This document shows positions 1 to 6,916 of a stretch of 64,000 nucleotides of DNA, piece by piece; positions within the stretch are counted from its first letter, which is position 1, and every line of letters starts with the position of its first letter. The notes beneath the pieces were generated by a model. It was not told the DNA's origin. It saw only the letters and a list, made by a program, of their open reading frames with translations, and searched no databases. Position numbers and translations under genes: made by a program. The DNA comes from a virus. Location of the stretch: positions 1 to 64,000 of IMG/VR virus record IMGVR_UViG_3300028394_000066; one strand, given 5' to 3'.

Positions 1-195
1 CGTTATTCGCGATACGCATTGCCACGCGTAAGTGCCTAAGCGTTACGCGCGTGCGTGAGCGCGTGAGCGAGCGTTCCGTTCCAGCGCGTTCGGGGCTGGC
101 GATACCCCTAGCCTAGCACGCCATAGGCATTACACCCGTTACCGCTAAGGCGAAATGGAATGACCAGGTGAGAAACACGGTTGAGGCCCTACAGA

Positions 196-624
196 CTAGG
201 CAGTAGCCCATTTCTTTTGATTGCAATACGCGTGCGAAGGACGAACATTGTCGAGGTCGTCTTTTCCGCCACGTGACAAGCTGATTACGTGGTCGGGTTG
301 AAAACCAAGCTCCCAACCAGGTTGGCCCACCTTAGAAGGTGCTTCAAGGTTGACTTCTGTTCCACAGATGTGACACTGTGTTCCATAGAGCTCAATGATT
401 TCATCTTTGTGTTGACTCCAGTGAATACCTGTCGTGCGGTTATTGCGGCGACGCCACAATCGGCGGCGAGAGTTAATTTCATCGGCGCGGAGGATACGCT
501 GTTTGCGCCAATGGAGAGAGGATGCCTCACGGCATAAAGTACAGGGTTCCTCTTTCGTTTGTCGCGTGTGCCAGTCGTATCCAGACTTAGTGCCACATTC
601 GGGCTTAGTTCGGTACTGATTCAT
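196..624 (-). CDS. HNH endonuclease with N-terminal Cys/His motif
   Basis: CHICG...PDHVISLSRGGKDDLDNVRPSHAYCNQKK HNH motif; leaderless promoter upstream. Confidence 0.9.
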   Translation of the reverse strand: MNQYRTKPECGTKSGYDWHTRQTKEEPCTLCREASSLHWRKQRILRADEINSRRRLWRRRNNRTTGIHWSQHKDEIIELYGTQCHICGTEVNLEAPSKVGQPGWELGFQPDHVISLSRGGKDDLDNVRPSHAYCNQKKWATA

Positions 625-630
625 GTTTAT

Positions 631-659
631 AATCTAGTCGTAGTAGCCGAAATAGTCAA
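631..659 (-). promoter_or_regulatory. SigA-like promoter for leaderless HNH mRNA
   Basis: minus strand TTGACT-17 bp-TAGATT, 6 nt before ATG at 624. Confidence 0.7.
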
Positions 660-704
660 TAGGGCTATGCATAAAACGCCCCTACTTTCCTGTATATTTG
701 TTAT

Positions 705-953
705 ATGACTGATGACCCTTACGACTGGAATAACCCAGCGAATATTAACATTCCTGAAGAGTCTGCTTTATCTAAAAAAGAGCGAGAAGCCAAAGAGGAC
801 GATTCTGATGAAAATTACTACGCACGCGAAATAGCCAAAAGCGAAGTAATAGATAAAGGCATGCGCTGGTATCAGAATAAGCTCCGAAAAAAGATAGTTG
901 CCCTATCAAGTAAGCAGTTTAACCGAAAAGGCCCAGAGAACCGATTCGATTAG
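705..953 (+). CDS. hypothetical protein (LSSKQF motif)
   Basis: ORF track; TATATT a few nt upstream suggests a leaderless start. Confidence 0.65.
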   Translation: MTDDPYDWNNPANINIPEESALSKKEREAKEDDSDENYYAREIAKSEVIDKGMRWYQNKLRKKIVALSSKQFNRKGPENRFD

Positions 954-1013
954 GTTAAACTAAAAACGCCCCTATAGTTATGTCACAATATATAGAGAAC
1001 AGAAGGAGCCAAC

Positions 1014-1256
1014 ATGGCTAAGAAAGACCCTATGCGTATGACGCAAGCTGCCAAAGAGAACATTGGTTACGGAGCAGCAGCGGCGGCTCTTCCCGTTATG
1101 GCTATGGTTGGTCCTACCCCAGGCCATGCACTTGTTGCTGGTGGTATTGCAGCTGGCATCGGCGCTGGATACGGCGCAATCAAGACTATGCGCGATGCTT
1201 CAAAGGCCCGCAAGCAGGCTAAGCACGATGCTCTAAACCCCAATCAGTTCAAATAG
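1014..1256 (+). CDS. small hydrophobic Gly/Ala-rich protein ending LNPNQFK
   Basis: SD AAGGAG; two hydrophobic segments. Confidence 0.75.
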   Translation: MAKKDPMRMTQAAKENIGYGAAAAALPVMAMVGPTPGHALVAGGIAAGIGAGYGAIKTMRDASKARKQAKHDALNPNQFK

Positions 1257-1278
1257 CAGGGGCGTTTAAAGGATAAAA

Positions 1279-1455
1279 ATGGAGCAAGTACCAGATAGGT
1301 CTAAAGACGAGAACCGTAAGGTAGACCCTAGCGACCCCACTCTCCCAGGCAACAGACAATGCTGGGGTAGCCCCAATGGCCACAAGTGGGTCGGACACAG
1401 TAATCCCACTGGAATAGTTTGCACAAAATGCGGAATCCGCGGAAGAGGTAGATAA
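1279..1455 (+). CDS. 58-aa Zn-binding small protein (MEQVPDRSKDENRKV...C...H...CTKCG)
   Basis: translated by hand; SD AAGGA; TAATG overlap with the next ORF; below ORF-track cutoff. Confidence 0.75.
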   Translation: MEQVPDRSKDENRKVDPSDPTLPGNRQCWGSPNGHKWVGHSNPTGIVCTKCGIRGRGR

Positions 1456-1709
1456 TGAACGAAGTACCGAACAGAGCCAACCACCCAAATCGACAGGTTC
1501 CTTACTCTCCAATTGCTAACATAGAGGACAGATACCACTACGCTAGCCAAGTTGCCAACATCAAACAAGCGGGGTATGACGCCGACAACTACGAAGAAAT
1601 AACGGGCGGTACTCGAGAAGACTCTAATTCTTACGATAAAGTTCAGGGCGCTATTCGTGACGCTATTGCTGTACGCAAAGAAAGAGACAGAGTTAGAAGG
1701 AGCAAGTAA
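1455..1709 (+). CDS. hypothetical protein (MNEVPNRANHPNRQV N-terminus)
   Basis: TAATG coupling on both sides. Confidence 0.8.
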   Translation: MNEVPNRANHPNRQVPYSPIANIEDRYHYASQVANIKQAGYDADNYEEITGGTREDSNSYDKVQGAIRDAIAVRKERDRVRRSK

Positions 1710-1918
1710 TGAAACCAGTTCCTAATCGGGCTGCACACCGAGATGCTATTCTTACTAGCATGGGTGTTCCAGTAACAGAAGCTGGCGAACGCGCTGAAGT
1801 AGCAGAGCGTGCTAAGTGGGCAAAGGCTGGAGTCTACGGACCTGTGTATAACGCTAAGCCCATTACTGACGCTGATTACATTCCCACCAAAGAACCCAAG
1901 AAGAAAGGCAAGAAATAA
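1709..1918 (+). CDS. hypothetical protein (MKPVPNRAAH N-terminus)
   Basis: TAATG coupling on both sides. Confidence 0.8.
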   Translation: MKPVPNRAAHRDAILTSMGVPVTEAGERAEVAERAKWAKAGVYGPVYNAKPITDADYIPTKEPKKKGKK

Positions 1919-2289
1919 TGCCAAGTGGACCCAATGCAGAGAATGCAAAGAACCTTTACCCAAGAGGACCGTTTAACGACATGGCTCCTCTCGTAGACAG
2001 CCTTAAAGGACTGTCCGCCTATGGAGCGCCTACACCAAAACCTCGCCCAGGCGAGATGGCTCTTCGTATCAGTGGAGACATTGGTACCCGTGTAGGACAA
2101 CCCGAAGTTCCTTACAAGAACGCAATGACTCACGAAGACATTGACCGTATGTACAAAGAACACATCGGTACACCCGAACCAGGTAGCCTTATGGAAAGCA
2201 ACCTCAAGGCGCAACACGACGAACTTGACAGGCTGAACGCCCCCAAGTACTCCGACCGTGTTAAGGCACGTCGCAAAGCACGCCCTTAA
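1918..2289 (+). CDS. hypothetical protein
   Basis: TAATG coupling to the upstream ORF. Confidence 0.75.
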   Translation: MPSGPNAENAKNLYPRGPFNDMAPLVDSLKGLSAYGAPTPKPRPGEMALRISGDIGTRVGQPEVPYKNAMTHEDIDRMYKEHIGTPEPGSLMESNLKAQHDELDRLNAPKYSDRVKARRKARP

Positions 2290-2342
2290 TCAAAAAATAA
2301 GGCTGGGCCGTAAAAATAATGGCCCCCCGTCGTTAGGACAGT

Positions 2343-2714
2343 ATGGCAGAGAAACCAATAGACCCTAAGTGGACTAGATGGCACAACTCTGTGAGTAAGT
2401 GTACCTCTTGTGGTGCAGAGCCTCAGGACAGAGTCAAGAACCGCTATTGGCGCAAACAAGTTTCTGACCACGGACATGGGTTTCCTCCAGCTAAGTACAT
2501 AAAGCCAACTGAGGTACTCAGCAAGGCGCAGGACGCAGTTAAAGAGACCCCCAAGGAAAAAGACCCTAACGTTCTATTTGAAGACGAAGACATGGGCATG
2601 GAGCCTCAAGAGCCCAAAGTAGCGGGTGCGGCTAAAAAGCGTCAGTTACGGGAATGGGAACACTTCCACTACCTTCCCGAATCTACGAAGAAGTTTGCTA
2701 CTAGCGAAGACTAG
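2343..2714 (+). CDS. hypothetical protein with CxxC
   Basis: ORF track; co-oriented with neighbours. Confidence 0.7.
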   Translation: MAEKPIDPKWTRWHNSVSKCTSCGAEPQDRVKNRYWRKQVSDHGHGFPPAKYIKPTEVLSKAQDAVKETPKEKDPNVLFEDEDMGMEPQEPKVAGAAKKRQLREWEHFHYLPESTKKFATSED

Positions 2715-2821
2715 ACAGCTGGGGCGTTTTAAGGGTAGCTTGGAATAATTCACTTTTTGTGATACATTAGTTAATTGAACACGCCAATTGGGTGTTCGTA
2801 ACTAACATTCACGTCTAAGGA

Positions 2822-3349
2822 GTGAAAATGAACTACTATCCAAATGACCCCTGGGGAAAGTGGCCCAACCCGCACAAGAACCAGGACTACAAAAAGCAGG
2901 TCCCTTCACCTAAGCCTGTCACTATTGACTCGCTGTTCCCGAACCTTGACCGTTTCACCATTGGTTGGGGAACTCTTCTCGATGACCTTCAGACGGTCAC
3001 CAAGACTCGCACGTCGTACCCTCCGTACGACATCGTTGAGCTTGACGACAACAAGTACGTTGTTAACGTAGCTGTTGCGGGATTCCGTCGCGAAGACATC
3101 ATCATCACGTCTGAGGACTCAACGCTCTCCATCACTGGGTCGTACGGTCTTAAGAAAGAGCAGGATGAGAGTTCTCTTGAGGAGAAGTTCATCCACAACG
3201 GTATTGCGCGCCGTGACTTCAATCTGAACTTCATGCTCGCTGAGCACGTTGAGATTGAGTCCGCAAAGTTGGAGGACGGCGTTTTGTCCGTTCACTTGTT
3301 CAAGAACACGCCTGAAGAGAAGTTGCCTAAGGTAATTGACATTCAGTAG
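2822..3349 (+). CDS. hsp20: small heat-shock protein (Hsp20/IbpA-like)
   Basis: YPPYDI...VAVAGF...HNGIARRDF...AKLEDGVLSV alpha-crystallin motifs. Confidence 0.95.
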   Translation: MKMNYYPNDPWGKWPNPHKNQDYKKQVPSPKPVTIDSLFPNLDRFTIGWGTLLDDLQTVTKTRTSYPPYDIVELDDNKYVVNVAVAGFRREDIIITSEDSTLSITGSYGLKKEQDESSLEEKFIHNGIARRDFNLNFMLAEHVEIESAKLEDGVLSVHLFKNTPEEKLPKVIDIQ

Positions 3350-3370
3350 TAATTCTGTAAACTGAACGTA

Positions 3371-3410
3371 GCTGGGTGGGGGGTTTCCTCCTTTCTTTTC
3401 CCCACCCAGC
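3371..3410 (+). promoter_or_regulatory. GC-rich hairpin with anti-SD loop (CCTCCTTTCT)
   Basis: GCTGGGTGGGG/CCCCACCCAGC 11-bp stem. Confidence 0.7.
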
Positions 3411-3415
3411 GTCTA

Positions 3416-3495
3416 GGGCCAGAAATGGTGTCGATTGGCTGTAAATCCCGCAAGTCGGAGCCGTCAAGACCCCAGTTCGATTCTGGGCTGGTCCA
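3416..3495 (+). ncRNA. tmRNA tRNA-like-domain-only RNA (no tag ORF)
   Basis: acceptor GGGCCAG/CTGGTCC+A with G3:U70; unpaired D-loop AAATGGTGTCGA; TTGGC/GTCAA helix; GAC linker; T-arm CCCAG-TTCGATT-CTGGG. Confidence 0.85.
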
Positions 3496-3503
3496 CAAGT
3501 AAA

Positions 3504-3543
3504 GCCCCCCACACTAACTGTGTGAGGGGCCTACTTATTTTTG
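3504..3543. terminator. hairpin terminator between convergent units
   Basis: GCCCCCCACAC..GTGTGAGGGGC stem followed by a T-rich tract. Confidence 0.65.
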
Positions 3544-4275
3544 TTAGATAGAGATTGCTTTAGCGAATACTACGCGAGAAGCCATCTTTGAAGCGCTAAT
3601 AATAGCGATGGGTGCCGACATTGCTAGCACTAACCCCGCCCACATACGCGGTTCAAGGAAGTCGTAGTCCCAGTAGTTGATGGTGTGGAACCCGTTAGCA
3701 AGAACTGCTACTAGTCCAAACCCTACCATTCCCAGAATCGCACCAAAGGTGCGCTCCTTCTTGCCGTTTTCTTGGATGCGAGACGCCAGAATGAGGTACG
3801 CAACAAGGAAGAGCAAGTACATCAACTCAATGAAGAAGAAGAACAGGCCCCCCATCCAAGGAACGGTTAGTCCAACGAATTCGGCAACTGCAGTGATTCC
3901 GTTGTAAGACACAATTGCGGATGCAATAAATGCAATAGTAATTCCAACAATCCAAATGTAAAGAACAACTTTCTGGTCAATCTGAACTCCTGGTGCTCGA
4001 GCGGCCTCTTGACGCTCATAGCGAGCCTCTTGCTGCTCACGGTTGCGCTCACGAGATGTCTTGCCTCGTCGCGCCCTAGGGGCCTTTACGGGCTCCTCAG
4101 AGGGCTCTACGCCCTTCATCCACTCTAAAACTTCTGGTGTAGTGGGTTCTGCCATGTCTTCCTCTTTCTTTTGTCCGCTGTTGTTTCGTACAACGGAATC
4201 ACTGTCATTTGGCATTGGTGTTTTCTCTTTCCCTATATATCGTAGCCGATTTCGGCTCTCATCAGTGTATGACAT
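3544..4275 (-). CDS. multi-pass membrane protein, DUF2637-like (true start may be downstream)
   Basis: about 4 hydrophobic helices; SAIVSY...LANGFH...API pattern. Confidence 0.7.
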   Translation of the reverse strand: MSYTDESRNRLRYIGKEKTPMPNDSDSVVRNNSGQKKEEDMAEPTTPEVLEWMKGVEPSEEPVKAPRARRGKTSRERNREQQEARYERQEAARAPGVQIDQKVVLYIWIVGITIAFIASAIVSYNGITAVAEFVGLTVPWMGGLFFFFIELMYLLFLVAYLILASRIQENGKKERTFGAILGMVGFGLVAVLANGFHTINYWDYDFLEPRMWAGLVLAMSAPIAIISASKMASRVVFAKAISI

Positions 4276-4376
4276 TCGATACCTTTTTCAAAATAACCCT
4301 TGTTATCAGAAGGGTTCTCTATAGATAATGATACTCTAAATACTTACCCAACACAAACAATTGGAAAGAGGTTACT

Positions 4377-5357
4377 GTGGCAATTCTCGGCACAGGTATT
4401 CAGGACGGACTGCTCCTCAAGCCAGTCAAATATCAATGGGCAATGGACCTTTACAACCAAGCGGTTGCAAACACATGGTTTCCCAACGAAATTCAACTCG
4501 GTGAGGACATTGCCGATTTTAAAAAGATGTCGGATGAAGAGCAGCACGCTATTACATTCCTCATGTCCTTCTTCAACCCTTCGGAACTGATTGTCAACAA
4601 GGCACTGGCGTTTGGCGTCTACCCCTACCTCAACGCCGCCGAGGCACACCTGTACCTCGCCAAACAGATGTGGGAAGAAGCGAATCACTGCATGTCGTTC
4701 GAGTACATCCTCGAGACGTTCCCCGTGGACCGTGAAAAAATCTATGCGCAGCACGTAGAGCACCCCGCAATTGCCAACAAGGAAGCTTTTGAAGTTAAAT
4801 ACATCAAGCGCATGTCCGACGAGCGTCTTGACATCACTACGGTTGAGGGCAAGCAGGACTTCGTCCGCAACCTCATCGCGTACAGCGTCATCATGGAAGG
4901 TATCTGGTTCTACACAGGGTTCATGGTCGCCTTGTCGTTCCGCCAGCGCAACCTGCTCCGAAACTTCGGTTCGCTCGTTGACTGGATTGTTCGTGACGAG
5001 TCGCTCCACCTCAAGTTCGGAATCAACCTCATCCTCACGGTGTTGGAAGAAAACCCAGAGATTGTTACCGACGACTTTGTGGGCGAGGTTAAGATGATGA
5101 TTCTTGACGCTGTGGACATGGAGGTTGAGTACAACAAGGCTATGCTCCCCAACGGTATTCTCGGCCTTAACCATGACTACATCAGCACTTACACTAAGTA
5201 CATTGCTGACCGTCGTCTTGAGGAACTTGGCTTTGCGCCGCACTACAACGTCAGCAATCCCGCAAAGTGGATGGCTACGGCTAACGACACTCTGCAGTTG
5301 GTTAACTTTTTCGAGAGCACAAACACCTCGTATGAGGTCAACGGGGCAACCAAATAA
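4377..5357 (+). CDS. nrdB: ribonucleotide reductase beta subunit, class Ic-type
   Basis: WFPNEI, EEANH, MEGIWFY, RDESLH, NFFE motifs; Phe at radical-Tyr position (HCMSF), Glu first ligand (PSELIV). Confidence 0.95.
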   Translation: MAILGTGIQDGLLLKPVKYQWAMDLYNQAVANTWFPNEIQLGEDIADFKKMSDEEQHAITFLMSFFNPSELIVNKALAFGVYPYLNAAEAHLYLAKQMWEEANHCMSFEYILETFPVDREKIYAQHVEHPAIANKEAFEVKYIKRMSDERLDITTVEGKQDFVRNLIAYSVIMEGIWFYTGFMVALSFRQRNLLRNFGSLVDWIVRDESLHLKFGINLILTVLEENPEIVTDDFVGEVKMMILDAVDMEVEYNKAMLPNGILGLNHDYISTYTKYIADRRLEELGFAPHYNVSNPAKWMATANDTLQLVNFFESTNTSYEVNGATK

Positions 5358-5377
5358 TTAACCTAAACTTAACCCTC

Positions 5378-5407
5378 TTGACATATGAATATTTGTTAAT
5401 GTAGCAT
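5378..5407 (+). promoter_or_regulatory. SigA-like promoter
   Basis: TTGACA-18-TAGCAT. Confidence 0.75.
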
Positions 5408-5442
5408 TGTAGTACTTATCCCCCCATATGAGAGGAATCACC

Positions 5443-5607
5443 ATGTCAGAAATCGATGAGACCGTAGAGGTCGAAATTGACGAAATCGAAGAGGCCGACG
5501 AGACCGTAGAGGTCGAAGAGGTCGAAGAGGTCGAGGAAGCTGAAGAAGCCGAAGAGGCTGAAGAAGTTGACGCAGACGAAGAGGACGCAGCAGAAGACGC
5601 TGAGTAA
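5443..5607 (+). CDS. 54-aa hyper-acidic protein
   Basis: MSEIDETVEVEIDEIEEADE...EDAE; SD GAGG; own promoter and terminator. Confidence 0.85.
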   Translation: MSEIDETVEVEIDEIEEADETVEVEEVEEVEEAEEAEEAEEVDADEEDAAEDAE

Positions 5608-5615
5608 TCTTTAAC

Positions 5616-5651
5616 CAATAGGACTCCCAGAAATGGGGGTCCTATTGTTTT
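5616..5651 (+). terminator. intrinsic terminator
   Basis: CAATAGGACTCCC/GGGGGTCCTATTG stem + TTTT. Confidence 0.8.
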
Positions 5652-5656
5652 ACCTA

Positions 5657-5686
5657 TTGACATCTTTTACTTATTTGGTATAGAGT
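5657..5686 (+). promoter_or_regulatory. SigA-like promoter for tRNA cluster
   Basis: TTGACA-18-TAGAGT. Confidence 0.75.
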
Positions 5687-5697
5687 AGAGCGAGTAG

Positions 5698-5769
5698 TCC
5701 CCGCTAGCTCAATGGCAGAGCACCGCACTGTTAATGCGTAGGTTCGTGGTTCGAGTCCACGGTGGGGAG
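5698..5769 (+). tRNA. tRNA-Asn(GTT)
   Basis: cloverleaf; anticodon loop CTGTTAA; GGTTCGAGTCC T-arm; no encoded CCA. Confidence 0.93.
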
Positions 5770-5804
5770 CGGGCATTTGCCCATAAATAACTAAGGAGAA
5801 GTAC

Positions 5805-6008
5805 ATGAACTGGTTCACCCCAGAACGTCGCTTGGCGACGTACAACACCGTCGCAAGCCTTGTCGGAGTTGCTATCGCACTAAACGTCATTGACCAGACA
5901 ATGGGCAATGACATCCTCAACCTGGTTACTCAGATTGTTAGTTCAGTAGCTACTATCGGAGCTCTTGTAGCTCCGTTGCTTGCACGCCTTCACGTACCAA
6001 AGCAGTAA
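5805..6008 (+). CDS. small two-TM membrane protein, holin-like
   Basis: SD AAGGAG; two hydrophobic helices. Confidence 0.7.
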   Translation: MNWFTPERRLATYNTVASLVGVAIALNVIDQTMGNDILNLVTQIVSSVATIGALVAPLLARLHVPKQ

Positions 6009-6013
6009 GGGAC

Positions 6014-6035
6014 GGGCCCCTTAGGGGGCCCTTTT
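6014..6035 (+). terminator. hairpin/terminator
   Basis: GGGCCCC-TTAG-GGGGCCC-TTTT. Confidence 0.6.
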
Positions 6036-6037
6036 CT

Positions 6038-6110
6038 CCCTCCATAGCTCAGGGGATAGAGCATCGGCCTTCTAATCCGTGTGTCGCTGGTTCGATTCCA
6101 GCTGGGGGGA
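6038..6110 (+). tRNA. tRNA-Arg(TCT)
   Basis: cloverleaf; anticodon loop CTTCTAA; anticodon stem imperfect. Confidence 0.88.
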
Positions 6111-6113
6111 CAT

Positions 6114-6186
6114 GCCTCAATAGCTCATCTGGTAGAGCATCTCACTTGTAATGAGAAGGTGGCGGGTTCAAGTCCTGCTTGAGGCT
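6114..6186 (+). tRNA. tRNA-Thr(TGT)
   Basis: GCCTCAA/TTGAGGC acceptor; TCTCA-CTTGTAA-TGAGA anticodon arm. Confidence 0.95.
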
Positions 6187-6204
6187 CGCCTAGAAAGGAA
6201 ACAA

Positions 6205-6372
6205 ATGGCAACGTATGACTACAAATGCCGAGTGTGTGATGACATAGTTACTGTGTCTCACTCGGTTAATGACAAACCCACTATAATCTGTGGAAAATGC
6301 ACGGCTAAACGCATCAAGGTATTTTCCGCACCTGCGGTAGAGTTTAAGGGCTCTGGGTGGGGAAAGGACTAG
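6205..6372 (+). CDS. FmdB-family zinc ribbon protein
   Basis: MATYDYKCRVC...CGKC...VFSAPAVEFKGSGW; SD GAAAGGA; start corrected from the track. Confidence 0.88.
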   Translation: MATYDYKCRVCDDIVTVSHSVNDKPTIICGKCTAKRIKVFSAPAVEFKGSGWGKD

Positions 6373-6377
6373 ACACC

Positions 6378-6524
6378 CTGCCTACTGGATGGTGCATGAC
6401 TGGATACCACCAAACCTGCCCAGTAGACGTAACTTATTCAATGACAAATACAGTCGAGCGCTGTGTATGTAACTGCCACAAGGAGGAGCAAAATGAAACA
6501 AAAGATAAAAACCCCAAGGATTGA
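6378..6524 (+). CDS. 48-aa Cys/His protein (GWCMTGYHQTC...CVCNCH), CTG or ATG(6396) start
   Basis: translated by hand; SD AAAGGA 9 nt before CTG. Confidence 0.55.
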   Translation: MPTGWCMTGYHQTCPVDVTYSMTNTVERCVCNCHKEEQNETKDKNPKD

Positions 6525-6804
6525 TGATAACTGGGATATCTCTGAAGAACTAAACATAAATGGTCGCAAGGTGTTTCCAGGTACCGAATTGAAAATATCG
6601 GGTGTACGGGGCCGCTTCCGCTTTATTAAGCACGTAAATACAGGTGAAGCGGAGTGGATTGACGTTTGGGGAGGAACCAAGGGCTCTGAGAGCTGGCGCT
6701 CATTCCGCCCAGAACGGGTACAAACTGTGCACTATAAAAACAAAACTGTAGAAAATCTTGCAGTTCAGTACAAAGAAAAACGTAAATTACTTAAAGCTTC
6801 TTAG
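6493..6804 (+). CDS. hypothetical protein
   Basis: SD AGGAGG before ATG 6493; GTELKISGVRGRFRF...WIDVWG. Confidence 0.8.
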   Translation: MKQKIKTPRIDDNWDISEELNINGRKVFPGTELKISGVRGRFRFIKHVNTGEAEWIDVWGGTKGSESWRSFRPERVQTVHYKNKTVENLAVQYKEKRKLLKAS

Positions 6805-6808
6805 TAGG

Positions 6809-6837
6809 TTGATGTCCTACCTCGTATGTGGTAGGCT
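6809..6837 (+). promoter_or_regulatory. SigA-like promoter
   Basis: TTGATG-17-TAGGCT. Confidence 0.55.
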
Positions 6838-6916
6838 TTAACCCATAACTAAATAACTGTCTCCAAGACAATAAACGACCCCAGTACTAACTACCAAGGA
6901 AAGGTAAGGTCGCAAA

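Noticed and set aside
2715-2821. HspR (HAIR) or CIRCE operator before hsp20
   Set aside because: No CTTGAGT-N7-ACTCAAG or TTAGCACTC-N9-GAGTGCTAA found
3416-3495. Ordinary tRNA-Ala, pseudo-tRNA or attP fragment
   Set aside because: No D-stem or 7-nt anticodon loop; both tmRNA ends are present and pair with each other; no integrase in the window
4344-5243. Long antisense ORFs (also 58038-58997, 52272-52991, 18491-19111)
   Set aside because: Shadows of codon-biased + strand genes; no motifs or RBS
5358-5663. Minus-strand Ser-rich ORF from the track
   Set aside because: Antisense shadow of the + strand acidic gene, which has promoter, SD and terminator
6151-6204. Track's N-terminal extension of the FmdB-like ORF
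   Set aside because: Overlaps tRNA-Thr; the SD supports ATG at 6205
6840-6916. c-di-AMP riboswitch before NlpC/P60
   Set aside because: Leader too short and lacks the motif; only a weak CGACC/GGTCG pairing
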